Source of the DNA: Acidimicrobiia bacterium | GTDB lineage: Bacteria; Actinomycetota; Acidimicrobiia; Spongiisociales; UBA5794 | Assembly: GCA_965216945.1 (NCBI GenBank) | Contig: CBDCGU010000003.1 | Coordinates: 3,526,653 to 3,590,652, forward strand | Direction of reading: 5' to 3' | DNA length: 64,000 bases | Shown here: positions 19,152 to 27,444 of the stretch, one piece after another | How the letters are laid out: each line of letters opens with the position of its first letter | Numbering within the stretch: position 1 is the first letter of the stretch | The notes under the pieces: model-generated | The model's database searches: none | Seen by the model: only the letters and a program-made list of their open reading frames with translations | Told to the model about the DNA's origin: nothing | Translations under genes and position numbers: made by a program

Positions 19152-19523
19152 GTGGCGTCACACAAGATCGTGCATTGGGAGTTGATGGGGCCGGATGCAG
19201 CCGCCCTCAACAGCTTCTACAACGAGTTGTTCGGATGGAAGGGCGAAGAGGTGCCCGGATTCGGCGGGTACACCATGATCTCGGGCGACGACGCCGGCGT
19301 CGGCGGGGCCATCGGGGCGGGCAACGAGCACATGCCGGCGTACCAGACCGTCTACATCGAGGTCGAGTCGATCGACGAGCACCTCGGCAAAGTCGAGGCC
19401 GGCGGCGGCACCACCGCGATGCCGCGCACGGTCATCCCCGGGATGGTCACCTTCGCCATGTTCCACGATCCCGCGGGGAATCTGGTCGGCCTCGTCGAAG
19501 CGGAGACGCCACCCGCCGAGTGA
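19152..19523 (+). CDS. VOC (glyoxalase/bleomycin-resistance/dioxygenase) family protein
   Basis: GTG start with AGGAGA RBS; IVHWELMGPDAAALNSFYNELFGW...AMFHDPAGNLVGLVE VOC pattern. Confidence 0.7.
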   Translation: MASHKIVHWELMGPDAAALNSFYNELFGWKGEEVPGFGGYTMISGDDAGVGGAIGAGNEHMPAYQTVYIEVESIDEHLGKVEAGGGTTAMPRTVIPGMVTFAMFHDPAGNLVGLVEAETPPAE

Positions 19524-19587
19524 TCACGGTCCTCGTCCGAGGTCACAACGGAGAGGTCTGCAGGGGCCGGTCCCACCCGTCCGGGGA

Positions 19588-20406
19588 TCACGACCAGGGT
19601 GTCACCGGCCGCTCCAACAACTCGCCGTCGACCTCGATGTCGACCCGCTCGTTGTAGAAGGCGATGAGATCCTTGATCTTCGGGTTCTCCGGTATGGGAT
19701 CCGGGTAGCTCCACGCGACATTGCGGCCCGGCCGACCTCCATCGCCCAGCGACCAGAACCTGGCCACGCCCTTGTACGGGCAGCGGGTGACGAGATCCGA
19801 CGGCTCGAGCAGGTCGAGGTTCACATCCTGCGGCGGCAGGTAGTAGCGCACGGGCAGCGTGGTCTCGAACAGAAGGTGGGGCCGATCCGATGCGGCCAGC
19901 GCCTCGCCTTCGAAGCGCACGACCACACGGCGAGTGGATGCGATGACATCCACCCTGTGTTGCGGGTCCCTGGCATGCTCGAAGACCTCCTCCGCCTCTT
20001 CGAACCAGGCATCCATCTGGTCCCAATCAAAGGTCAGATGATCGGCGAGCGCCGCAGTGGTGCCGGCCGGGTTCGAATAGGCCCATGCCGCGTACTCCCT
20101 GACCTCGTCACCAACCCTGGCGTGCCACCACGTGCGCTCCCCGATACTCCCGGCCCGAGTGAGGACATCGGTTGCGACGTCCTCGAACGGGAAGAAGTAG
20201 CCGGGGAGGAGAGGTTTGCCGGAACCGGGTCGAACCGGCTTGCCGTATGCCACGTGCAGCATGGCTCGCTTGGAGTCTGCGACGGTTCGTTCCCCCAGAA
20301 CGGTGCGCACCCAGCGCGGTGAGGGCTCGACGCGAACCGGGGGAGCGAAGTCGGCCACGTCCGGGGTCCACGTCGCATCGTCGCCGATGACGCCTTCAGT
20401 GTCCAC
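19588..20406 (-). CDS. DUF427 domain protein (two tandem DUF427 repeats)
   Basis: CPYKGVARFWS and FYNERVDIEVDG motifs; paralog of 21764-22561. Confidence 0.65.
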   Translation of the reverse strand: MDTEGVIGDDATWTPDVADFAPPVRVEPSPRWVRTVLGERTVADSKRAMLHVAYGKPVRPGSGKPLLPGYFFPFEDVATDVLTRAGSIGERTWWHARVGDEVREYAAWAYSNPAGTTAALADHLTFDWDQMDAWFEEAEEVFEHARDPQHRVDVIASTRRVVVRFEGEALAASDRPHLLFETTLPVRYYLPPQDVNLDLLEPSDLVTRCPYKGVARFWSLGDGGRPGRNVAWSYPDPIPENPKIKDLIAFYNERVDIEVDGELLERPVTPWS

Positions 20407-20560
20407 CGTGGCAAGCTACCAGGGTCGGCGTGGCCCGCGAGTCCATGATCCGGCACGATTTCCGTGATTTGGCGCGCCCGTCCCAGTTTCATCACGTTTG
20501 ATGATGCGCCGCGGGCAGCCACGGGAATAAGTTCGACAGTGGTAGGGCAACGTTGGGAGT

Positions 20561-20845
20561 ATGCCAATGTTTCGAGAAGTTCGGCACGAGCGTGCTCCGA
20601 GTCCGGGACGCATCACGCTTGGCATGGTGCTCATGGTGCTGGTGGCCATGTGGACCTTCGCTTCGCCAGGCTTTCAAGCGGGCGAGACGGCGGCAGAAGT
20701 CGTCATCGCCGAGATCCTGCATACGCCGGATGCTGTGGTGGACACGGCGAGCGAACGGCTCGATGTACGCAACCAGGGACCGGCACCGCTCGATCTCACG
20801 GCCGCCTGTGCGGCGTGCCGGGACGGTCAGGTTCCGATCGACTAG
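20561..20845 (+). CDS. hypothetical small membrane protein (94 aa; one TM; C-terminal CAACRDG)
   Basis: GGGAG RBS 5 nt upstream of ATG; reasonable GC3; no homology recognised. Confidence 0.3.
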   Translation: MPMFREVRHERAPSPGRITLGMVLMVLVAMWTFASPGFQAGETAAEVVIAEILHTPDAVVDTASERLDVRNQGPAPLDLTAACAACRDGQVPID

Positions 20846-20932
20846 CGACGGACTGCACGAACGACCAGGAGAGGGAGCCGCCCGGCAGGTCTGGGCGGCT
20901 TTCCTCGATGAGCGTGTGGAACGATCGCTTGC

Positions 20933-21433
20933 TCATCGGTCTGATCCGGGTGGCGTTCCTCTGACGATCGAACCGACCAGGGACGCCAGTGTCGTGCGCA
21001 GGTGTTCGAGATCGCCGGAACCCACGACGTCCACCAGATCCTTCTCGATCGAAGCGAATGCCCGCATCGTCGCCTCGTGTGACTGCAGGCCCCTTTCTGC
21101 CCACGTGATCAGTTTGGCGCGGCCGTCGCTCGGATCGGCTTTGCGCACGAAATAGCCCCGCTCGACCAGGTCATCGACGAGTTCGCCCATCGCCTGCTTC
21201 GACATGCCAGCAGCTGCCGCCAGGTCGGTGAGACGAATCCCTTCTGCGGGCACGTTGATGAAGACGGCATTGTGGGCGCGGCGCACGTCATCGAAGCCCG
21301 CCTCGGCCATGAGCTCCAGATGTCGCGTCTCCCACCAGCGTTTGAGGACATCGAGCAGCGCGGGCAAGGGGATCGAGTCGGGGGAACCGCTCAGCATTCC
21401 CGCTGAAGCAGCCGTGATCAATGAATCGGTCAT
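20933..21433 (-). CDS. MarR family transcriptional regulator
   Basis: Winged-HTH region (LTDLAAAAGMSKQAMGELVDDLVERGYFVRKADPSDGRAKLI). Confidence 0.8.
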   Translation of the reverse strand: MTDSLITAASAGMLSGSPDSIPLPALLDVLKRWWETRHLELMAEAGFDDVRRAHNAVFINVPAEGIRLTDLAAAAGMSKQAMGELVDDLVERGYFVRKADPSDGRAKLITWAERGLQSHEATMRAFASIEKDLVDVVGSGDLEHLRTTLASLVGSIVRGTPPGSDR

Positions 21434-21763
21434 GGTGACTGCCGGATCATAGTGCACCTTGACGGACCAGTCAGGTAGCCGTATTATCTAGTCAGGAAAC
21501 CAGACGAATGCGAGGAGAGGGGTGATGCACGGCGGTGTGAATGTTCGCTGGAACCGGCCGCCGCGGACGGCGGCTGGTCCAAGCCGCAGGCGCCAGTCTC
21601 GGGCGAGGCGGGGCCCGTCGCGCCTACGCATGAGGGTCGTTCTGGTCGTATTACACCGCACGTTGCCGTTTGGGGAGCTCTTCGTCCTCGGCCCACCGGC
21701 ATCCGCATATCGGGCGATCGGCCGCACCGGTGCGGAGCGAGCCATGGAATCGGAACAGCGGCG

Positions 21764-22561
21764 GTGAAGGAGCTCGTGGTGGCCGATGAGGCGAAGTCGC
21801 CGACCGGGATGCGCCCGTGGTGGCCGGCCGTCGAGTCGACGGCGCGCTGGGTCCGGGTGCGTCTGGGTGACGTGGTGATTGCAGACAGCAGGAGAGCGCA
21901 GCTGCTCATCGAGTACGGGGCGCCACCGGCGTTGCCGACATATTTCTTCCCGTTGGACGACGTCGACACGGATGCGCTGGTGGATCGCAGCACACTCGAC
22001 GATGGTTCGATCCGCTGGTCCGTGCAGGCGGGTGATCGACGGGTGATCGATGGGGCTTGGACGCACCCAGCGGCCGATGGGCGCTTGGCAGGCATCGCCG
22101 GGATGGTTTCGTTCACTTGGACCGATCAATTGCAGTGGCTGGAGGAAGAGGAAGTTCTGTTTGCGCATGCCCGAGATCCGCACAAGCGGGTGGACGTCGC
22201 GCCCAGCTCGCGCCACGTACGAGTGCTGGTCGCCGGCGTCGAGGTCGCCAACAGCCGTCGACCGTTGCTGCTGTTCGAGACCATGCTCCCGACTCGCTTC
22301 TACCTCCCGCCGGACGATGTGCAGATGGAGATGCTGGTACCGAGTGCCACCGTCACCCAATGCCCTTACAAGGGCACCGCCACCTACTGGTCCGTGACGG
22401 TGGACGGAGTCGTGCACGACGACCTGGCTTGGTCCTATCGGGATCCCGTCCCCGAGAACCCTCGGATCTGCGATCTGATTTGCTTCTACAACGAGTCTGT
22501 CGAGATGGTCGTCGATGGCGAGGCTCTGAGCCGTCCGGTGACTCCCTGGTCGTCCCCATAG
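21764..22561 (+). CDS. DUF427 domain protein (paralog)
   Basis: CPYKGTATYWS and FYNESVEMVVDG motifs; divergent from MarR. Confidence 0.65.
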   Translation: MKELVVADEAKSPTGMRPWWPAVESTARWVRVRLGDVVIADSRRAQLLIEYGAPPALPTYFFPLDDVDTDALVDRSTLDDGSIRWSVQAGDRRVIDGAWTHPAADGRLAGIAGMVSFTWTDQLQWLEEEEVLFAHARDPHKRVDVAPSSRHVRVLVAGVEVANSRRPLLLFETMLPTRFYLPPDDVQMEMLVPSATVTQCPYKGTATYWSVTVDGVVHDDLAWSYRDPVPENPRICDLICFYNESVEMVVDGEALSRPVTPWSSP

Positions 22562-22639
22562 CCGGGCACGCCGGCTTGCTCGACGTGCGCTTCTCAGGCG
22601 AACCGGCCGCAGGGCGGCACGAAGGCCGACCGTTCTTCA

Positions 22640-23060
22640 GGTCGGGCCCGATCACCGCCCCCTGAGACGGCGACCGGGCCGGCCGGAGCTGCTCGACATC
22701 TGCTCGCTGGGTACGACCTCACCCGCGACGAGTTGTACGGGCACCTCGAGAAGCGCAAGGCCCGGACCCAGTTCCTCGAGTTCTGCCGGTACCTCCGGTC
22801 CCTCTACCCCGCCGGAGGTGCGGATCGCCATCGTGAGCGACAACTTCACCCCGCACTTGTCAACCCGCCGTGACACCCGAGTGAGGTTCCCCCGGTTTCC
22901 CGGATTGTTTGGGTTGGGTGATCATGCCACGGCCTCGAGGGCGGTGTGGCGCTGTTCGTAGTCGATGGGTGATCGGCAGTCGAGGCTGCTGTGTCTGTTC
23001 CCGGTGTGGCACGAGGCTTCGACGACCGGCTGGCGCTGGCCGCGTCGGCTTTCATCGCTG
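22640..23060. mobile_element. degraded transposase remnants: IS630-family-like DDE_3 fragment on + (about 22700-22880; YDLTRDELYGHLEKRKARTQFLEFCRYLRSLYP / PEVRIAIVSDNFTPHLSTRRDTRV, frameshifted) and C-terminal tail of an rve-type transposase on - (about 22922-23060; ...NRHSSLDCRSPIDYEQRHTALEAVA*)
   Basis: Own translations of both strands; no intact transposase ORF or obvious terminal inverted repeats. Confidence 0.45.
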
Positions 23061-23096
23061 GTTGATTCGCGGTGAGCTCGGGTCTAGGGTTCGATG

Positions 23097-23114
23097 CGAA
23101 CGTACGTACGTTCG
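23097..23114. promoter_or_regulatory. perfect 18-nt palindrome CGAACGTACGTACGTTCG, about 40 nt upstream of the amidohydrolase gene; member of the recurring operator family
   Basis: Read directly. Confidence 0.5.
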
Positions 23115-23155
23115 TCCGCCTGGTTTGCGTCCGATCGTGTTGCCTGGAGTGAGCT

Positions 23156-24019
23156 GTGATCATCGATTTCAGGGTGCGCCCGCCCTACAAGGGTTTCGTG
23201 AAGCTGCACCTCTACCGTCCGCGTCCGAGCACACCCGATCCCGTGGTGTCGAGTGGACTTCTCCTTGATCTTCCGCGATACCGCTCGTTCGAGGAGCGGT
23301 CCATGGAGGCCTTCGTCGAGGAGATGACCGATGCCGGCGTCGACGTGGCCGTTGTCATGGGACGTCAGGCGCCGAACCACTACGGATGGATCCCCAACGG
23401 CGACGTCGCTGGCCTAGTTGAGGACTACCCCGGACGATTCCAAGGGTTCGGCGGAGTGAACGGCGCCGTCGAGTCCGACGCCCTGCGCGAGATTGAGAAG
23501 TGCGTCGACTTCGGGTTTAAGGGAATATGTCTCGACAATGGCTGGAACGATCCGCCGATGTATGACGACGACGAACGGCTATATCCGCTGTACGAGAAAG
23601 CCGAGGTGGCTGGGCTGATCGTGTCCCTCACGAGCAGCATCTTCGTTGGCCCCGATCTGACATACTGCATGCCGGTTCATATCCAGAGGGTAGCTCGCCG
23701 CTTTCCTGCGCTCACGATCGTCGTGCCACATGGCGGATGGCCGTGGACTACTGAGATGTGTGCCGTGGCGTTTCAAAACCCTAATCTCTACCTCGTTCCC
23801 GACTTCTACGGTCATATTCCGAACATGCCGGGCAGTGAGCAGTACGTTAGATCGGCGAACTACTTCCTGAGCCACCGTCTCATGTACGCCAGTAGCTATC
23901 CGGTCCGACCTCTCGGGCAGAGTGTCGAGCAATTCAAGGCGCTCCCGTTCGAGTCCGATGAGATCAGGGCTCGCTGCCTTGGCGGAAACGCGGCACGGCT
24001 ACTGGGCCTTGCCAGCTGA
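23156..24019 (+). CDS. amidohydrolase-2 family protein
   Basis: MIIDFRVRPPYKG N-terminus (TIM-barrel metal-dependent hydrolase type); paralog at 41540-42388. Confidence 0.7.
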   Translation: MIIDFRVRPPYKGFVKLHLYRPRPSTPDPVVSSGLLLDLPRYRSFEERSMEAFVEEMTDAGVDVAVVMGRQAPNHYGWIPNGDVAGLVEDYPGRFQGFGGVNGAVESDALREIEKCVDFGFKGICLDNGWNDPPMYDDDERLYPLYEKAEVAGLIVSLTSSIFVGPDLTYCMPVHIQRVARRFPALTIVVPHGGWPWTTEMCAVAFQNPNLYLVPDFYGHIPNMPGSEQYVRSANYFLSHRLMYASSYPVRPLGQSVEQFKALPFESDEIRARCLGGNAARLLGLAS

Positions 24020-24027
24020 GGCATCCA

Positions 24028-24909
24028 TTGGACGTTGGAATCAACCTGCCAAACGCAGGACCGAAAGCGACAAGGGCCAACATCGAAGCGGTCGCCGAGC
24101 GGGCCCAAGCGCTCGGGTTCGGGTCGTTGTGGGTTACGGACCATGTGATCCTGGCGGAGACCATCACTTCGCCCTATCCCTATCGCGACAACTACCTGTG
24201 GGACTACCCAACGGACGTGCTCTGGCTGGATCCCTTGATCTCGCTTGCCGTCGCCTCCAGTGTTGCCCCCAACCTCGCGGTTGGCACTTCCGTGCTCATC
24301 GGACCATTGCGCAACCCGGTGTTGGTGGCAAAACAAGTAGCCACTCTCGACTACCTGACCGGTGGTCGAGCGATTCTCGGGTTGGGAGCCGGTTGGAACG
24401 AGGAGGAGTTCGCCCTCGTCGGTGTGCCGTTTGCCGAACGAACGCGTCGGCTGCTTGAGATGGTCGGTGTCATGCGCGCCCTGTGGACCGGCGAGTCGAT
24501 CGACTTCGAGGGCGAGTATTGGAGTCTTCGGGACGCCCGTATGTATCCCGTGCCGGTCAACCACAAGGTTCCGATCCTTTTCGGCGGTCATAGCGACGCT
24601 GCGTTACGGCGTGTAGCGAAGGTGGCTGACGGGTGGTTGCCGACGCAGCTCACTCTTGCGCAGCTTCAAGACGGAGTGGAGCGGCTGCGCCGCTATTGCG
24701 ACGAAGCCGGGAGAGATCCCGATGAGATCACTGTCGTTGCCTGGCCGGGCAAGACGTATGAGTTGACGCCGGAGTCGCACGCAGCCCATGTTGAACTCGG
24801 TTTGGACGGCGTCATTGGCAGCACGCTCATCAGCGATCCAAGCGTCGACATGTTGATGGACACGATGGAGGAGTGGGCTGAGATTTGTGGGTTGGAGTCG
24901 ATCGGGTGA
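24028..24909 (+). CDS. LLM class (luciferase-like) F420-dependent oxidoreductase
   Basis: GFGSLWVTDHV, LGLGAGWNEEEF and ILFGGHSDAALRRVAKVADGW motifs; TTG start. Confidence 0.8.
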   Translation: MDVGINLPNAGPKATRANIEAVAERAQALGFGSLWVTDHVILAETITSPYPYRDNYLWDYPTDVLWLDPLISLAVASSVAPNLAVGTSVLIGPLRNPVLVAKQVATLDYLTGGRAILGLGAGWNEEEFALVGVPFAERTRRLLEMVGVMRALWTGESIDFEGEYWSLRDARMYPVPVNHKVPILFGGHSDAALRRVAKVADGWLPTQLTLAQLQDGVERLRRYCDEAGRDPDEITVVAWPGKTYELTPESHAAHVELGLDGVIGSTLISDPSVDMLMDTMEEWAEICGLESIG

Positions 24910-24933
24910 GCTCTTCGGTGAAGATGCGGTCGT

Positions 24934-24949
24934 GAACGAACGTTCGCTC
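24934..24949. promoter_or_regulatory. GAACGAACGTTCGCTC operator variant followed by CTTCCC, about 60 nt upstream of the second LLM gene
   Basis: Read directly; near-identical to the 56434 site, including the downstream CTTCCC. Confidence 0.45.
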
Positions 24950-25005
24950 TCTTCCCATGGGCGATGGGCGCTCCGCGGCGGCGGTGTCAGTGTGCGCCCG
25001 TCGAG

Positions 25006-26055
25006 ATGATGGAAGTCGGCATCCGCGTACCCGGTTCGGAATCGGTCGACGAGGTCGCCTCGTTCGTGGCGGAGCTGGAGGGTCGTGGGTTCTCTTCGGC
25101 GTGGGTCCCCGATTCGCAGCTGCTCTGGCGCGACGTGTGGATCACACTGGCCGCAGCAGCCCAATCAACGCAGCGGATCGCCCTGGGGACCGCCGTTGCC
25201 AACCCGGTGACTCGGCACGGATCTGTTACGGCCACGGCGGCGAGGACCGTGGACGAACTGGCCGGCGGACGCATCCAAGTCGGGATCGGCCTTGGGGGAA
25301 CGGCCACCTCTTCTGTGGGACTCGATCCGGCAACGGTGCGCACGTTCGAAGGATTCGTCAACGGCCTTCGCACCTTCCTGAGCCAGCAGCTCGCGCTCGA
25401 TGCAATCGAGAGCGACACCACCCAGCGGTCCCGGATCCCGCTCCTTGTCGGTGCGTCGCGCCCGAGGATGATCCGACTGGCCGGTCGAGTGGCGGACGGT
25501 CTCATCTACCCAGGGCCGTTTACGGAGGAAGCCGTGAGGGGCGCGCTACGTCTTGCGCGTGAAGCTGCAAGGCAAGCCGGTCGCAACCCGTCGCGTCTGA
25601 AGTGTGTGCTCGCACCACTGACCCATGTGGGCGACGAGCCGCTCGGCGAGTTGGCCGATCTTGGTCCCCACGTGCTCCAATCGATTGCCAAGGATGCAGA
25701 TCATGCCTCAAATGCTCACGCCGCCGCCATCGGTCATCGGACGTTCCCCGATTTGAGTCACGCCGTCGATTGGGACCACGCCGTGCTAGCTGCCACCGAC
25801 GTGGATCAGGCCACGATTGCGACGTACGCCGATGAGATGTGTCTCATCGGCACTCCGCGTGACGTGGCGCGACGGATCGAGGCCTTCGGATCGTGGGGCG
25901 TCGACGGCGTCATCCTCCGCGGTCTCCACCCGCATCGGCTGCCTCGCGAGCTCAGCTGCACGGTCGCAACCGACGTTCTGCCACGGATCGGCACCGATGA
26001 CATCGTGCCGTCCGGCCATGAGCTCGCCGAGGAGAAACCGAAGGCGGCACGGTGA
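25006..26055 (+). CDS. LLM class flavin/F420-dependent oxidoreductase
   Basis: Luciferase-like TIM-barrel pattern (GFSSAWVPDSQ, IGLGG). Confidence 0.75.
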   Translation: MMEVGIRVPGSESVDEVASFVAELEGRGFSSAWVPDSQLLWRDVWITLAAAAQSTQRIALGTAVANPVTRHGSVTATAARTVDELAGGRIQVGIGLGGTATSSVGLDPATVRTFEGFVNGLRTFLSQQLALDAIESDTTQRSRIPLLVGASRPRMIRLAGRVADGLIYPGPFTEEAVRGALRLAREAARQAGRNPSRLKCVLAPLTHVGDEPLGELADLGPHVLQSIAKDADHASNAHAAAIGHRTFPDLSHAVDWDHAVLAATDVDQATIATYADEMCLIGTPRDVARRIEAFGSWGVDGVILRGLHPHRLPRELSCTVATDVLPRIGTDDIVPSGHELAEEKPKAAR

Positions 26056-26942
26056 AGCCCGCACCGTTCTCCTACCACGCCCCGACCGACCTGGATGAGG
26101 CGATCGCGACTCTCGTCGAAGAAGGCGCCGCCGCCAAGCTTCTGGCCGGCGGCCAGAGCCTCGGACCTCTGCTCAATCTGCGGCTGGCGAGCCCATCGAC
26201 CCTCGTCGATCTCAATCGGATCCCTGATCTCTCCACAATGACGGTTGACGAGAAGGACTGGATCCGGATCGGTGCCATGACCCGTCAGCGGAACCTCGAA
26301 CGTTCGGAAATGGTGGCGACTCTGTCGCCGCTGTGGACAGAGGCGGTCCGGCACGTCGGCCACGCTTCAGTGCGCAATCGAGGCACCGTCGGCGGCAGCC
26401 TGTGTCACGCAGATCCCAATGCGGAGTTGCCCGCAGTTGCCCTGATAACCGGAGCTCGCATGGTCTTACGAGGGCCCGACGGCGATCGAACTGTCGATGC
26501 GGACGACTTCTTCGTCACGTATCTCACAACCGCTGCTGCTCCCGATGAGGTACTGCGTGAGATCCGGATCCCCCCGAGCCCGCGCCGCTCCGGCTCTGCA
26601 TGGGTCGAGTTCTCCGTTCGGCACGGTGACTTTCCAATCGTTGGTGTTGCGGTCGCGCTCGACGCTGACGCAAGCGGTGAGATCATTTCGGCCCGCGCTG
26701 TTCTTGCAGGCGTCGCGGGCAGGCCGGTCACCGCGAGTCCCGCCATCCTCGCTGGGCTTTGCGGCCAGGGTGTCGGGCATATCGCGACCGATGTCGCGGC
26801 AGAGGTCGCCGGAGCGATTGGCGACGAAACCGAGCCAAACCCGGATCTCATCGCCGGGCCCGACTACAAGCGCCGGCTCGTCCGCCATCTGAGTGTCGTC
26901 GCGATCAAGACGGCCGAATCGAGAGTTGCAACTGATGAGTGA
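26052..26942 (+). CDS. molybdenum hydroxylase FAD-binding medium subunit (CoxM/XdhB-like)
   Basis: LLAGGQSLGPLLNLR FAD-binding motif; GTG start overlaps the previous stop. Confidence 0.8.
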   Translation: MKPAPFSYHAPTDLDEAIATLVEEGAAAKLLAGGQSLGPLLNLRLASPSTLVDLNRIPDLSTMTVDEKDWIRIGAMTRQRNLERSEMVATLSPLWTEAVRHVGHASVRNRGTVGGSLCHADPNAELPAVALITGARMVLRGPDGDRTVDADDFFVTYLTTAAAPDEVLREIRIPPSPRRSGSAWVEFSVRHGDFPIVGVAVALDADASGEIISARAVLAGVAGRPVTASPAILAGLCGQGVGHIATDVAAEVAGAIGDETEPNPDLIAGPDYKRRLVRHLSVVAIKTAESRVATDE

Positions 26943-27444
26943 CCCCACCGCGAACATCGTGGCCACCATCAACGGTCGCACCCACAGTGCAAGCGTGGAG
27001 CCCAGACTGACGCTGGCCGACTTCTTGAGGGAGCGTCTGGGTCTCACGGGAACGCACCTCGGATGCGAGCACGGGGTCTGCGGTGCCTGCACCGTGCTCG
27101 TCGACGGGTCTGCGATCCGCAGCTGCATTCTGTTTGCGGTCCAAGTCGATGGTTGCGTCGTGGAGACGGTCGAAGGTCTCGATGACGGCGGTCGGCTCAG
27201 CCCGATCCAAGAGGCCTTCAAGACGAACCAAGGGTTTCAGTGTGGCTTCTGCACCCCGGGCATCATCATGATGGCGACCGAGTTGTTACGCGAGGGCGGA
27301 CCTTTGACGAGGGAGCAGGTTCGTCAGGAGATGAGCGGGAACCTCTGCCGGTGCACGGGCTACCAAGGCGTGATCGATGCAATCGTGGCTGCTGCTGCCG
27401 CGAGAGACATCACACCATCGCGTGATTCTGAGACTGCATCATGA
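26935..27444 (+). CDS. (2Fe-2S)-binding small subunit (CoxS-like)
   Basis: CEHGVCGACTV and CGFCTPG, NLCRCTGY iron-sulfur motifs. Confidence 0.85.
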   Translation: MSDPTANIVATINGRTHSASVEPRLTLADFLRERLGLTGTHLGCEHGVCGACTVLVDGSAIRSCILFAVQVDGCVVETVEGLDDGGRLSPIQEAFKTNQGFQCGFCTPGIIMMATELLREGGPLTREQVRQEMSGNLCRCTGYQGVIDAIVAAAAARDITPSRDSETAS

